Origin: a phage
Direction: 5' to 3' (one strand)
Sequence record: PZ445430.1
DNA: 64,000 bases
Shown in pieces: positions 29,820 to 40,223 of the stretch. The position numbers were made by a program, and so were the translations under genes. The notes below the pieces were generated by a model. It was not told the DNA's origin. It did no database searches and saw only the letters and a program-made list of their open reading frames with translations. Each line of letters begins with the position of its first letter. Positions within the stretch are counted from its first letter, which is position 1.

Positions 29820-31172
29820 TTATGAGCAGTTGCCAAATGCAATTTTAGCTAATTGTACTGCTTTCTCCGGAGTCATAGTAATAGTTTTCCATGCATTATT
29901 GCGATACACGGCCATACGTCCAGAAGCCTGTCTTAAACCAGTACCTCCTTTCATAATTAAATCTACAACAATCGGATCTAGCTTTCCGTCAACAATACGT
30001 TGAACGCGGCCTGCTAACTGTTCTATGAGAGATTCATTATTAATGAGACTTCCCATTATTAAACAAGACAGCTCGTTAAGAGAAATACCTTCTGAGAAGA
30101 TACTCTGAGCTGCTGCAAGCACACAGGGTCCGCCCTCCGCTACATCTTTCTGGATTCTCAATCGATCATCCAAAGGAGTTGCACCTATAATCTCATAGGT
30201 TGTAACACCACGTTGTGCGAGAGCTTCTAGTATTGTTTGGATTAGTTCCGTCCTATCACTTACAAAGAGAACCTTATGTCCCATAGACACATATAAATGT
30301 GCTAGGTTTATAATAGTTTCTCGATACTCAGGATGATTATACACATCGTTAGCACGTAATGCCCACGGTACATTCTGGTTTCCTGATAACTCAACAGGCA
30401 CGGAGTACCTATGGATTGTAGGTGGAACAGTATTATTAACGGGTGGACTAAAGATCTTATATCCGAAGAAGTCTTTGAACATAACTTGCAGGCCATCCTT
30501 ACGCTTTAACGTACCAGATAGACCAATCTTATAGCGAGCACATGAGATCTCTAGGAAATTAGTGAAAGTTGTAGCCACACAGTGGTGTACTTCATCAACT
30601 ATAACAGTACCGAACACTTTAGAAAGATTATTCGCATGTTTATTCACTGTTTGTATATTACTGACCACGATTGGTGGATCAATATTATACTTCCCAGAGC
30701 CTATAATACCAGGTTCAAACCCAAACCATTTACGAACTTCTGCCGCCCACATTTCACGAATGGATGTGTTAGTGCAGATTACCAGAGTTTTCTGGCCAAA
30801 CTTATATGCAAGAGCAAGAGCTAGGATAGTTTTACCAAACCCAGGCTTACCATTAATAATACAGGTATCATCACACTCTTCATATATAGGAAGCTGATCT
30901 TCTTCACGTAGCTTGAACTTAGGTTCTGGTATTTCTACCGGAGCTAACGTGCGTTTATCAACTAATTCGTATTTTACTCCCTTAGCATCTAGTAAATCCA
31001 GACGCGTAATGGGAATCCATTTAATCTCTTTAGCAACAACACCACTATTCTTATACATAATAGGGTATTTACTAGTCATTGTCTCGATGTGATAAGTGGT
31101 TTGCTTACTACAATAATCCCAGAGTTCATCATCGGGCTTGAAATAGGCTTTATTAGATATAACAACCTTCAT
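29820..31172 (-). CDS. SF2 helicase (T5 D10-like branch-migration helicase)
   Basis: Walker A GKPGFGKT, DEVH box (IVDEVHH), helicase C-terminal motifs. Confidence 0.8.
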   Translation of the reverse strand: MKVVISNKAYFKPDDELWDYCSKQTTYHIETMTSKYPIMYKNSGVVAKEIKWIPITRLDLLDAKGVKYELVDKRTLAPVEIPEPKFKLREEDQLPIYEECDDTCIINGKPGFGKTILALALAYKFGQKTLVICTNTSIREMWAAEVRKWFGFEPGIIGSGKYNIDPPIVVSNIQTVNKHANNLSKVFGTVIVDEVHHCVATTFTNFLEISCARYKIGLSGTLKRKDGLQVMFKDFFGYKIFSPPVNNTVPPTIHRYSVPVELSGNQNVPWALRANDVYNHPEYRETIINLAHLYVSMGHKVLFVSDRTELIQTILEALAQRGVTTYEIIGATPLDDRLRIQKDVAEGGPCVLAAAQSIFSEGISLNELSCLIMGSLINNESLIEQLAGRVQRIVDGKLDPIVVDLIMKGGTGLRQASGRMAVYRNNAWKTITMTPEKAVQLAKIAFGNCS

Positions 31173-31666
31173 AATTTTATTCTAAGTCTAGGAATTTCAG
31201 GCTCCTCTTGATGGACTTGATAAATAACAGGGCTATTATTTACCAGAATATAACTTATATAAGCTGGAACATAGGATAGCACGAATGGATATGGGACTTT
31301 AGCCACATAACATTGGTACTTTCCATTATAAATTCTTGCAGAATGCAGAACTTTAGACGTGATAACATCATAGAACGTAGTTTTCTTCCAGTTAATAAGA
31401 TTTCCATCAGAATCTATGAACTGGCTACGCTTTGACCCAACTAATTGGGACAACATCGATATTCTACCACGAATAGGGTAGAGCTTATATGGTAATTCCT
31501 TCCGCTTCTCAAATAGGGCTAACCTACGCTGAGAGAATGTGCCGGGCAACTTCCTGTTATCTAGCACATATTTATTATATTTTGTTGTAATTACGGAATA
31601 ATCACCTTCCTGCTCAATTGATACAAATGCCCGTAAAGCATATACGGGCAATTTGAAATCAAGCAC
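31169..31666 (-). CDS. hypothetical protein
   Basis: 165-aa ORF between polymerase and helicase genes; no recognisable motif. Confidence 0.4.
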   Translation of the reverse strand: MLDFKLPVYALRAFVSIEQEGDYSVITTKYNKYVLDNRKLPGTFSQRRLALFEKRKELPYKLYPIRGRISMLSQLVGSKRSQFIDSDGNLINWKKTTFYDVITSKVLHSARIYNGKYQCYVAKVPYPFVLSYVPAYISYILVNNSPVIYQVHQEEPEIPRLRIKL

Positions 31667-34226
31667 CTAAAATCCTTTTCACATTATCCAGATCTTTACA
31701 TACAGCAATAAACTTATCATCCTTGTACTTGCTGTGGTCTGGATGCTCTTTATCCATTGCAGCTAACTTCTTATACTCGAAATCTGCATCGAGTAATACA
31801 CCTTTAACGTAACGAGTATACTCATCATCATCAATACAAGCGATTGATGGGTGCTGTTTCTTCATCTTACCACAAGAGTAGTCACGAGAACCACCTTTCT
31901 CAGAATCAGAATCAATACCGATTGGGCAGCCAGGGATACTAATACCACGATCCTTCTGGATGTTACGAATCAGAATCTCGTTATACTGATCAATCAGATC
32001 TTCACGTACAATGGCAACCACGGAGTCGTGAACCAACATGACGATCTTCATCTCTTTTCCTAGACCCAGGGACAGGATTTCTTCATCAGCATCAATAGCA
32101 CCTAACAGGAGACTGTCAGAAGATGCAGACTGAATGATTGCGTTAAATCCAGAACGGATTTCTTCACCCTGAACACCACGATCTTCAGAATGGATATTGT
32201 GCAGACGACGCTTACGACCAAAGTGACTGTAGATGAATCCAAAGTTCTTGATCTGATCGTGGCACTTATCAATCCAACGCTTAAGCTGAGGGAATTGACC
32301 GAAGTAAGTTTCGATATAGTCCTTCGCATCTGCAACGGTACATTCAACAAACGGTTCGCCTGTCTTAGCGGCCTGTTCCAGAAGAGCTTCATTAACAGAA
32401 TGAGCAACTTTAGCTGGGCCAGAACCATACAAAATACCGAAGGTAATTGCCTTAGCAGCCTGACGCAGAGCTGGGAACAGCTTCTTAACATCACGTGGCT
32501 CACAGGTCAGTTTAAATACCATGTGTGCAATGTTAGAGTGGAAGTCAGGGTATTTATCCGGCTCATTCTTCATGTTGATAAATACTTGTTGCATGTTTCT
32601 GTCACCAGACAGTACAGCAGCGTAATAAACTTCCGCAGTTGTTAAGTCCCATGCGATTACACGGTATCTAGGAGGAGCTACTACACAACCCTTGATAATA
32701 GATTCATCACGTGGTAACTGTTGCAGGTTCAGCTTACCAGAAGAACTCAGACGACCAGAAGTAGTCATGTGTTCATGGAAACCAGTACGAATGCAACCAT
32801 CTGCATCAATGCTCAGAAGAATCTTCTCAACATAAGTAGAGATCAGCTTAGTTAGCTTACGAATCTCTAGCAGAGTCTTAGCAATTGGATGCTGAGTAGC
32901 CAGTTCGTTCAGAGCTTCTGCGTTTGTAGAATCTGCACCTGTATCTGTCAGCTTACCAGTTGGAGTCAGACCAACATAATCAAACAGAAGAACACGAAGT
33001 TGCTTAACAGAGTTCGGGTTAAATGCTTCGTTCTGATCTTTCTCTAGCTGAACGACTTCTGGATAAGTATACAGCTTTTCACGAGCCTTGTTCAGGTTGT
33101 GAGTTAACTGATACTGAGCTTCTTTCAAGCGATCAACAGAAATTGGTACACCACGATCTTCAACACGTTGCAGGAATACGCAACCAGGCATCAGAACATC
33201 ATAGTATAGACTGCGAAGTTTTTCATTCTTCTCAATTTTCGGTAAGAAGAAGTTATGCAGACGCAGAGTAGCATCGGTATCTTTTGCAGCATAAGGCCAC
33301 ATAATATCAAATGGAATCAGATCATAGCTGAAATCTTCTTTCTTGATTTTATGTGCTTTGCAATAATCATCCTTGAACTTATCCAGTTCAAAGTCGTAAT
33401 CGCCCATGTCAGTATACTTCATAGCCAGAGATTTCAAGCCGTGAGTACCACGACGTTCATCGAGAACATAGTGTTGTAACATGGTATCATGAAGTCTACG
33501 CTCTTTATGTGCTTTCTCGAAGGAAAGTCCTAGATGATAGGAGTAAAAGTGCATATCAAACTTCAAGTTATGAAAAACGATCTGATGATTCTTGCTATCC
33601 AGAATTTTCTGGAGATAATGTACAGCTACTTCGGTGATACTGTCAGAGTCAATATAGACACCCTGATACTCTTGGTGAGACATAGAAACACCAAGCAGAT
33701 AACCATCACGAGCATACAGAGCCGAGGTTTCGGAGTCGAATGCGATAGGCCCGATAACCATGTTATACACCATCTTGATGTATTCTTCAGCTTCATCTGG
33801 ATCAGTAATAGGACGATAGTCACCGGCTTTTGCAATCTTCTCGCGACCATTAATAATGTCGTGAATACTTTCTACAGTTGCTTCAAAGACCGGTTTCATT
33901 TCAGGCTTAAAGTGTAGCTGAGCTGGACTGATACTTGCAATCCAGTTGGCGTAGCCACCATGCTCTACACGTTTACCAGTATAATCACCGATACCTTTCT
34001 TACCTGCGAAATACAGGAAAGGTTCAGCACCAACTAGTACCACAAAATCGTAATCGTTCGGATCGAACGGGTTATCTGGAGTTCCGATTGTAATATGCTT
34101 TTTCAGCAGACGACCAGATAACTTCTCGTTACACATATGGAATACATCAACTTCCTCACCATAGAGCTGGAAGTGTTTATCATAACGAGTGTTATTTAGA
34201 GCTTTATCAACTACTGCAATTTTCAA
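31659..34226 (-). CDS. DNA polymerase, family A, with 3'-5' exonuclease domain
   Basis: 855 aa, same length as T5 DNA polymerase; Pol A motifs (RRxhKxxxFGxxYG-like RQAAKAITFGILYG; HDS near C-terminus); apparent TTG start. Confidence 0.9.
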   Translation of the reverse strand: MKIAVVDKALNNTRYDKHFQLYGEEVDVFHMCNEKLSGRLLKKHITIGTPDNPFDPNDYDFVVLVGAEPFLYFAGKKGIGDYTGKRVEHGGYANWIASISPAQLHFKPEMKPVFEATVESIHDIINGREKIAKAGDYRPITDPDEAEEYIKMVYNMVIGPIAFDSETSALYARDGYLLGVSMSHQEYQGVYIDSDSITEVAVHYLQKILDSKNHQIVFHNLKFDMHFYSYHLGLSFEKAHKERRLHDTMLQHYVLDERRGTHGLKSLAMKYTDMGDYDFELDKFKDDYCKAHKIKKEDFSYDLIPFDIMWPYAAKDTDATLRLHNFFLPKIEKNEKLRSLYYDVLMPGCVFLQRVEDRGVPISVDRLKEAQYQLTHNLNKAREKLYTYPEVVQLEKDQNEAFNPNSVKQLRVLLFDYVGLTPTGKLTDTGADSTNAEALNELATQHPIAKTLLEIRKLTKLISTYVEKILLSIDADGCIRTGFHEHMTTSGRLSSSGKLNLQQLPRDESIIKGCVVAPPRYRVIAWDLTTAEVYYAAVLSGDRNMQQVFINMKNEPDKYPDFHSNIAHMVFKLTCEPRDVKKLFPALRQAAKAITFGILYGSGPAKVAHSVNEALLEQAAKTGEPFVECTVADAKDYIETYFGQFPQLKRWIDKCHDQIKNFGFIYSHFGRKRRLHNIHSEDRGVQGEEIRSGFNAIIQSASSDSLLLGAIDADEEILSLGLGKEMKIVMLVHDSVVAIVREDLIDQYNEILIRNIQKDRGISIPGCPIGIDSDSEKGGSRDYSCGKMKKQHPSIACIDDDEYTRYVKGVLLDADFEYKKLAAMDKEHPDHSKYKDDKFIAVCKDLDNVKRILGA

Positions 34227-34288
34227 ATTTAGTCTCCTTTTGGTAAGTAAGTATAACTTCAGTGTTTCTTCTCTAACTTACCAATATA

Positions 34289-35179
34289 TTATACCAAATC
34301 TTTGAGCGATTCGGCAACTAAAATTTCAATACGTTGAGCCAACATATCGATCTCTTCTTTATTTAAATCACCTGGGTCTTTACCTTCTGGAAGAAGGAAG
34401 TTACCAATTACAGGTGTTAAACGTGTTTTTGTACGAATTAGCTTCGCCAATGCTTGCGCAGCTTTATTACCAGAGGCATCATTATCTAATAGGATAACTA
34501 CTACTCTTACTCCAGCAATAATGTAAGGACTGAACTTATCGGCAATGTTATCAGATGTAAACTGATGTGTACCAAAGCAGCAAGAAGCATAATCCACACC
34601 GTTATCTTCTAGATTTAACATATCAAAGATACCTTCAACTAGAATAAGAACTGGTGTATTATATCGTACAGGGAAAATCGGTGGTGAAACTTGTTTTGGT
34701 TTTACTAAGTATTTAGGAGGGGCAGAACTGTTTATAGAACGTCCCAAGAATAGGATATTGCGTCCAACAGCATCTGTTATTGGGAATACAATTCTGCCTT
34801 CCCAGTCTGCTTGATGTTGGAAAGCAAAATATTTCTTCAAGGTCTTAGAACTGATACCTCGGAAATCACCTTCGAAAAGGTAAGCAGATTCAGGAATTGC
34901 AAGATTCGTAGATCCATTCCTAATCTCTGAAATCTTTTTACGTACTTGTGACAATCTTGGTGACTGTCTGTACTGAGTCTCATTAAAATAATGGTAAATG
35001 CTCGGTATTCCTCTACCAAAGCCACAGCTCAAGCAATGCATAATACCTGATTCAGGGTCAATACGCAAGCTTGGGTGTTTATCATCATGATCTGGATTGA
35101 GACAACAGATGAGGATATCCCCACCTGTGTCTTTGTATTCAATGCCTTTCAGATCAAGTAGTTCTGTTATTCTACTCAT
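34289..35179 (-). CDS. DnaG-like DNA primase (zinc finger plus TOPRIM)
   Basis: CxxC...CxxC zinc-binding motif near N-terminus, TOPRIM-like acidic motifs (LVEG, LLDNDASG). Confidence 0.75.
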   Translation of the reverse strand: MSRITELLDLKGIEYKDTGGDILICCLNPDHDDKHPSLRIDPESGIMHCLSCGFGRGIPSIYHYFNETQYRQSPRLSQVRKKISEIRNGSTNLAIPESAYLFEGDFRGISSKTLKKYFAFQHQADWEGRIVFPITDAVGRNILFLGRSINSSAPPKYLVKPKQVSPPIFPVRYNTPVLILVEGIFDMLNLEDNGVDYASCCFGTHQFTSDNIADKFSPYIIAGVRVVVILLDNDASGNKAAQALAKLIRTKTRLTPVIGNFLLPEGKDPGDLNKEEIDMLAQRIEILVAESLKDLV

Positions 35180-36648
35180 ATATCGCTGGCCTGTTCACCT
35201 GTTGAATTTTCAGCTTTGTCTTTCTTAGCACGTTTAGGTTGAGCTGGTTTATCCTTTTCAATAGGAATAACGAACTCAGCTTCCATTTGCGCAATATCTT
35301 CCATTGCTAGGTTGGTAGTGTTATCCATTCGTAGAGTTTCCCAGTTCATCTTAGGCATAAACTTCACACTATCAGAGGAACGAGTCTTAACGAAATCAAA
35401 CATAATAGCACCTTGACCATTATCAGCTTTTGCAGCGTTAAGATTAGCAGCCATATCTGCGGAATCAAGAATCCCTTTAGACATACGCGTTCTACCATCT
35501 TGGTCAATCTGGTAAGGGGCAACACCAGCCACGTTATGTTTCTGGCAGATAGATTTGAAAGATGAACTAACAACCATCTGTTCTTTCCAGTCATACATGT
35601 CAATGGTCTTTGAATCTGGAAGTCTTGTTTGGTTAATATAGTCTAGAAGAGCTACAGTAACCTTATCACCATATTTAGCAACTAGTTTATTTAATTCTAC
35701 GTCAACCGTCGTAATAGACAGTTCAGGATCGTAAACGATGATCATAGGAGTGTGAAGCTCATAGCCTTCAAGGAGTTTACTTTCCATATCATAGAAGTCA
35801 CTCATTTTAGCCATAGTGTATTGCTTAACGAAGTTATCGAAAAGCTCTTCACCGCCATTAAACATCCTAGCCCTAGTTCTGGCTAATCTCAACAGAGCAG
35901 CACCTTCAAGAGTGTTATTACGCATTGCTAATGCAGATACTCCAGCCAACATAGCCAGATTACGTCTAAACACTTCGTGCTCTTTCATCTCAATTGAGAA
36001 ATATGGAGCAATGTCTCCATTCAAATATTGCTGAACCTGTATGTTTGAACAGATAATGGATTTACCAGTACCACGCCAACCACCAAGCAGTAACGTTTCT
36101 GTGCGAGCTAAACCAATTTGAGCGTCGAACTCATTACAAATACCAAGAGCGATCAAGTTCAGTTTGGTATCTTCTTCTCTCTGGAAAATACGCATTGTGT
36201 CTGCGTTGAATACCTTTCCAGTATTCGTTACTTTCTCTTCTAATTTTAAGTGAAGGGAGGCAACTCGGTTGAGAATTTCTCCCTGATCCAGCATTGTTAA
36301 ATCTTGAAGCACGTCTGTTTCTAGAAGTTTCAGGAATAGATCCTGTGTATATTCGGCTTCTAGGACTTCAAGCGCCTGTTCCATGCTCACTTCTGGAATT
36401 TGAGTGTTAGCTAAGACGACAAGAGCTTGAGAAAGGCGGGCGTTCCTATTGGCCTCAAGCATCAGTGCGTCAATGGACGGCATTGCGTTATATTTCTTAT
36501 AATAATTCTGGACGGCTTGGTAAATTGAGGAGAAAGCGTCATTAAAATGATCTTTATGCAGTTTTGAGAATGTTTCCAATGCTATTTGCTTCTGTTCAGA
36601 AGCGAGAAGCATCTTCAACACTACAGCTCGCACGTTAAACAAGGTCAT
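35176..36648 (-). CDS. DnaB-like replicative helicase (RecA-fold ATPase)
   Basis: P-loop GGWRGTGKS; upstream extension of track ORF overlaps a terminator hairpin, so start moved to about 36642-36648. Confidence 0.65.
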   Translation of the reverse strand: MTLFNVRAVVLKMLLASEQKQIALETFSKLHKDHFNDAFSSIYQAVQNYYKKYNAMPSIDALMLEANRNARLSQALVVLANTQIPEVSMEQALEVLEAEYTQDLFLKLLETDVLQDLTMLDQGEILNRVASLHLKLEEKVTNTGKVFNADTMRIFQREEDTKLNLIALGICNEFDAQIGLARTETLLLGGWRGTGKSIICSNIQVQQYLNGDIAPYFSIEMKEHEVFRRNLAMLAGVSALAMRNNTLEGAALLRLARTRARMFNGGEELFDNFVKQYTMAKMSDFYDMESKLLEGYELHTPMIIVYDPELSITTVDVELNKLVAKYGDKVTVALLDYINQTRLPDSKTIDMYDWKEQMVVSSSFKSICQKHNVAGVAPYQIDQDGRTRMSKGILDSADMAANLNAAKADNGQGAIMFDFVKTRSSDSVKFMPKMNWETLRMDNTTNLAMEDIAQMEAEFVIPIEKDKPAQPKRAKKDKAENSTGEQASDI

Positions 36649-36679
36649 TCTCCTTTGCACGCTTTCGTGCCTTCTAAAT

Positions 36680-36714
36680 GCAAAAAGGGGAAGGAGCATA
36701 GCCCCCTCCCCTTA
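36680..36714 (-). terminator. intrinsic terminator after D5-like gene
   Basis: AAGGGGA...TCCCCTT hairpin followed by T-run on - strand. Confidence 0.6.
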
Positions 36715-36730
36715 GGTTTAATTTACCAGA

Positions 36731-37498
36731 TTATTCAGCAGCCGCAGCTTTTGCATCCAGTTTAGCACGCTTAGCAGCACCATCATAGTCCTTAGCAACC
36801 AGACCACGACGAGACAGCATAGATTTAACACCGCGCTCAGACTTACCAGTTTTCTCAGCGATCTCAGCAACAGCCATGTTAGCCAGATCCAGACCTTCTA
36901 ACAGATCTTCACGGGTTTTAGCACTTGAAGTTTCCTGTACCGGCATAGCAGCGATACGACCTTCGCGAAGCAGGCTCAGAGCTTTACCACGGATCTGCTT
37001 AATATTGCGACCGAAGTGAGCAGCGATAGCTTCAATAGTAGCACCAGCAACAACCTGATTAACGAAATCAGTTTCTTCATCAGGAGTGAAGGAACGAACA
37101 GCGGCAGCTTTTTCAGTTGGCTTAACAGAAGCAGTCATTTCTAGACTCAGGATCTTACCCTGTACCTGCTTAGCACCGAACTGACCACCAGCTACAGCAG
37201 CAGCGATTTCAGCGTAAGTATACTGACCAGCATGAGCGTTCAGGAAATCAACCAGTTCAGCTTCCTGCTCAGGAGTCCACGGGGATTTCTGTACTTCGTT
37301 TGCTTTCTGTACTTCGAAACCTTCTTTACGCAGCTTAGAGCCAACAGAGCGAGCGGTAACGTCTTTACCGGTCTCGGTAGCCAGTTCAGCAGCGATAGCA
37401 GCTACTTGTTCTTGAGAGATTACAGTAACACCCAGAGCAGTGGCTTTTGCTTTCAGAGACTCGGTTACACCTTCTACGTTCCAGTTCAGTTTAGACAT
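36731..37498 (-). CDS. D5-like DNA-binding protein
   Basis: 255 aa, Ala/Lys-rich with three internally repeated motifs; strongly biased codon usage; position between helicase and ligase genes. Confidence 0.55.
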   Translation of the reverse strand: MSKLNWNVEGVTESLKAKATALGVTVISQEQVAAIAAELATETGKDVTARSVGSKLRKEGFEVQKANEVQKSPWTPEQEAELVDFLNAHAGQYTYAEIAAAVAGGQFGAKQVQGKILSLEMTASVKPTEKAAAVRSFTPDEETDFVNQVVAGATIEAIAAHFGRNIKQIRGKALSLLREGRIAAMPVQETSSAKTREDLLEGLDLANMAVAEIAEKTGKSERGVKSMLSRRGLVAKDYDGAAKRAKLDAKAAAAE

Positions 37499-38273
37499 TA
37501 TTATTTTTCTCCAATAGTTCTTTAATCGACAGGATTTCTATCCCATTCGTTTCGGCTTTCTTATAAGATGAGGAAGAACGTTTTGATTCATCCTCACAGA
37601 TTAGGTATTTGACGTCTTTGGTAACGGACTTCTTAACCGTATATCCTAGACTCTCTAAATAGTTTGTTGCATCCGTTCGATTTGCAAAATCTTGCAAAGA
37701 TCCGGTAATACAGACCGTGATTCCATTTGGCTGAGCAACTAAATCATCTGTAATGATGATATCAGCTTTAGCACCTCGAATACCAGTTGAGAATTTCCAC
37801 GGTAATTCAATAACATCCTTGCCTTGCGGGGAATTTAGCCAGGTTTTGTAATTTTCTCCAGCCTTGCCGTCAGCCTTCACATCGTGGAAGCTAGTGCAAT
37901 TTTGGGACAGTTTCTTTGCTGCAACCTCTCCAATAAGAGGAATTCCTAAAGAACCGAGAACTGAACCAAAGTCAATGTCTCCGCGAACCTTAGTATTTAA
38001 CTCGCTAATCAACTTAGCGGCAACCTTGCTACCCACAGCTCCGACCAAATCTTCTTCGGTCAGGTAAAACAGTTCTGAGATTTTAGTCAGCTCCAGCTTC
38101 TCAATAGTTTTCGGGCCAAAGCCCTTTAACTTCATTTTTGTGCAGAAGTTCTCGATTAACTTACTTGATTGCGCTGGACAGTTGGACTTATTCCTACAGA
38201 ATAATTGCCCGTTGACAAGATCTAGCTTAGAACCACAAGAGGGACATTGTGTTGGAATTTCGATTTTCATCAA
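37491..38273 (-). CDS. NAD-dependent DNA ligase, C-terminal part (Zn finger, HhH, BRCT)
   Basis: N-terminal CPSCGSKL...C zinc-finger-like motif, HhH-like and BRCT-like regions; own promoter and RBS. Confidence 0.75.
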   Translation of the reverse strand: MMKIEIPTQCPSCGSKLDLVNGQLFCRNKSNCPAQSSKLIENFCTKMKLKGFGPKTIEKLELTKISELFYLTEEDLVGAVGSKVAAKLISELNTKVRGDIDFGSVLGSLGIPLIGEVAAKKLSQNCTSFHDVKADGKAGENYKTWLNSPQGKDVIELPWKFSTGIRGAKADIIITDDLVAQPNGITVCITGSLQDFANRTDATNYLESLGYTVKKSVTKDVKYLICEDESKRSSSSYKKAETNGIEILSIKELLEKNNNV

Positions 38274-38294
38274 ATTTCTTCCTTATCAATTTAT

Positions 38295-38340
38295 ATAAAT
38301 ATTATAGCAAGTATTTAAGCATTTAGCAACTACAATTTTA
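38295..38340 (-). promoter_or_regulatory. promoter in ligase spacer driving the C-terminal ligase ORF
   Basis: on - strand TTGCTA, 17-nt spacer, TATAAT, A/T-rich upstream. Confidence 0.65.
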
Positions 38341-38472
38341 ACTAACTTTGCTTACCCTCGCCATAACTTTCTATCCCTCAACTGAATGATAATAGTATAT
38401 ACCTAAGCGGCGAAAATGTCAATAACCACTTTATAATTCCGACATGGTAAACGGGTAGCAAAGGGTTACGAA

Positions 38473-39444
38473 TTAGTCGTATACTCGCTCTACTATACAA
38501 GGGATTACACCACCAGCACGAATCACTCGAATCTGGCTACCGATCTCTAAATCGAGAGCGTTAATATAGTCAACGTTATTAAGAGTTGCTTTAACGATTG
38601 TGGCATCATCAATAATCACCGGTTCGAAATAACCAACTGGAGTTACTTTACCAGAAGCCCCAACTTGCCATTCAACTTTAACAAGAGTGGTAATTTCGCC
38701 TTCTTCATCCTCTTTAATAGCAAATGCACCACGAGGAAATTTATTAGTCCAACCTTCACGGAAGAATTTATTGTTGTCATTAATACGAACAACTTTACCG
38801 TCCGTCGGAATCCATTTAAAGAAGGAACGAACATTAACAACTGTCAAGAAGTTCTCATTCTCTAGCCAAAGCATATCTTTTAAATAGGCTTCTGTAATAC
38901 CGACTGTTTCCGCTGAACACTGGATACCATATGCAACGAAGATTAAACCACCTTCACCAATACGTTGGATGAAATCATCGCTGTCTTTCAGGTTAATAGC
39001 ACCCGAAGCGTAGTTACGTTTGTTCTCTACTTCTTTAGTAATTAGAACTTCACCAGTGATTTGAGTTGGTACTTTTTGGGAAATAGTTTTGGGGATGTTC
39101 AGCATTTTAACATTATGCGTTACATCATTCCCTAGAATACCGTTACCACGAGTTAACGCTTGAACAAACTCACCATTAATATATAATAGAGAAATCGCAC
39201 AACCATCTAACTTATCAGTTTCAACCTGACCAAGTGGGTTGAATGGAGCTTTATCACCACGATCGTAATAGACTTTCTGCAAAGAATACATACGATACAA
39301 ATGAGGGATATCACCTTTCGGTCCGATTTCTTCCTCTAGTGGGAATCTTTTAATCAGACGATCATATTCTTCGTCAGAGATTAAAGACATACCTTGATAA
39401 TATGCTTCTTGACAGCGTTTAATAAATTCTTTTACATTAGTCAT
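38473..39444 (-). CDS. NAD-dependent DNA ligase, N-terminal adenylation/OB part
   Basis: KLDG adenylation motif (VETDKLDGCAISLLY) and LigA-like N-terminus. Confidence 0.8.
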   Translation of the reverse strand: MTNVKEFIKRCQEAYYQGMSLISDEEYDRLIKRFPLEEEIGPKGDIPHLYRMYSLQKVYYDRGDKAPFNPLGQVETDKLDGCAISLLYINGEFVQALTRGNGILGNDVTHNVKMLNIPKTISQKVPTQITGEVLITKEVENKRNYASGAINLKDSDDFIQRIGEGGLIFVAYGIQCSAETVGITEAYLKDMLWLENENFLTVVNVRSFFKWIPTDGKVVRINDNNKFFREGWTNKFPRGAFAIKEDEEGEITTLVKVEWQVGASGKVTPVGYFEPVIIDDATIVKATLNNVDYINALDLEIGSQIRVIRAGGVIPCIVERVYD

Positions 39445-39469
39445 TTATTTATATCTCTCATCAATTTAT

Positions 39470-39512
39470 ATAAATATTGTATAACAAAACTGAGTCGAAA
39501 GCAAGTACATTT
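39470..39512 (-). promoter_or_regulatory. promoter upstream of ligase N-terminal ORF
   Basis: on - strand TTGCTT, 17-nt spacer, TACAAT. Confidence 0.55.
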
Positions 39513-39531
39513 ATAAAGAAAAAGCCAAGAA

Positions 39532-39840
39532 CTAGGCATTCTTGGCTTTGAGTTCTTCAGCTCGTTTCTGTACTTCATGCAATACCTCGGATTCACTGAG
39601 GATTTGCGTAAAAGCGTAAAATAGCTGTGATGTAGTTTCTAGGGTATAAGGAAAAGAGAAGCCGGATTTCGTTGGAAACCACTCTCCAGTAATATCTTGG
39701 AGCCAGTAACGAATTCCCATGTATAGATTCCCACGAAATTCAGATACGGTTAGTCTTACTTGTTCCCCCTCCTTCTCCCAAAGCATGATGGACTGGTCGT
39801 CAACGTGTCCTTCATAGTTTTGATTTACCTGATCGCTCAT
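39532..39840 (-). CDS. PC4-like ssDNA-binding protein
   Basis: 102 aa; RLTVSEFRGNLYMGIRYW...GEWFPTKSGFSFP resembles PC4/YdbC-type fold. Confidence 0.5.
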   Translation of the reverse strand: MSDQVNQNYEGHVDDQSIMLWEKEGEQVRLTVSEFRGNLYMGIRYWLQDITGEWFPTKSGFSFPYTLETTSQLFYAFTQILSESEVLHEVQKRAEELKAKNA

Positions 39841-39856
39841 TTACATATCCCAAATA

Positions 39857-39881
39857 CACAAAAAGCCCCATATAGGGGCTA
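39857..39881 (-). terminator. intrinsic terminator
   Basis: AGCCCC-TATA-TGGGGCT hairpin followed by TTTTTG on - strand. Confidence 0.7.
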
Positions 39882-39890
39882 ATTGGTTTC

Positions 39891-40187
39891 TTATCGGCCT
39901 ACTGGAGAAGCACGATCTAACTCTGACTGGAGGCTCGTCACACGGCGAACTTTCGCAACAGGAATAAAACGGAAGCTATCATTAGTACGAGAGAAAACGA
40001 GGATTTCATCTTCTTTCGGCTTACGGATGCGCTCACGTTTAATACGCTCAGCCAGGTATTTATCCTGAGCTGGATCAAATTCCATCGTACCCTGAAGGTA
40101 CGTGGTTCCTTTCTGACGAAGTTTTTCGTAATGAAGATAAAACTCACCAAATTTTTCGCATTGAGCAATAATTTCAGCTTTGTTCAT
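39891..40187 (-). CDS. hypothetical protein
   Basis: 98-aa ORF in - strand early operon. Confidence 0.5.
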   Translation of the reverse strand: MNKAEIIAQCEKFGEFYLHYEKLRQKGTTYLQGTMEFDPAQDKYLAERIKRERIRKPKEDEILVFSRTNDSFRFIPVAKVRRVTSLQSELDRASPVGR

Positions 40188-40223
40188 AACTGTATTCCTT
40201 GTATTGGTGGATTTATCTAAGAT

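Noticed and set aside
38274-38472. Group I intron or intein splitting the ligase
   Set aside because: The spacer is short (199 bp), A/T-rich, carries canonical promoter and RBS elements and shows no P1-P9-like pairings by eye; both flanking ORFs end and start cleanly. Separate expression is more likely, though RT-PCR would be needed to exclude splicing.
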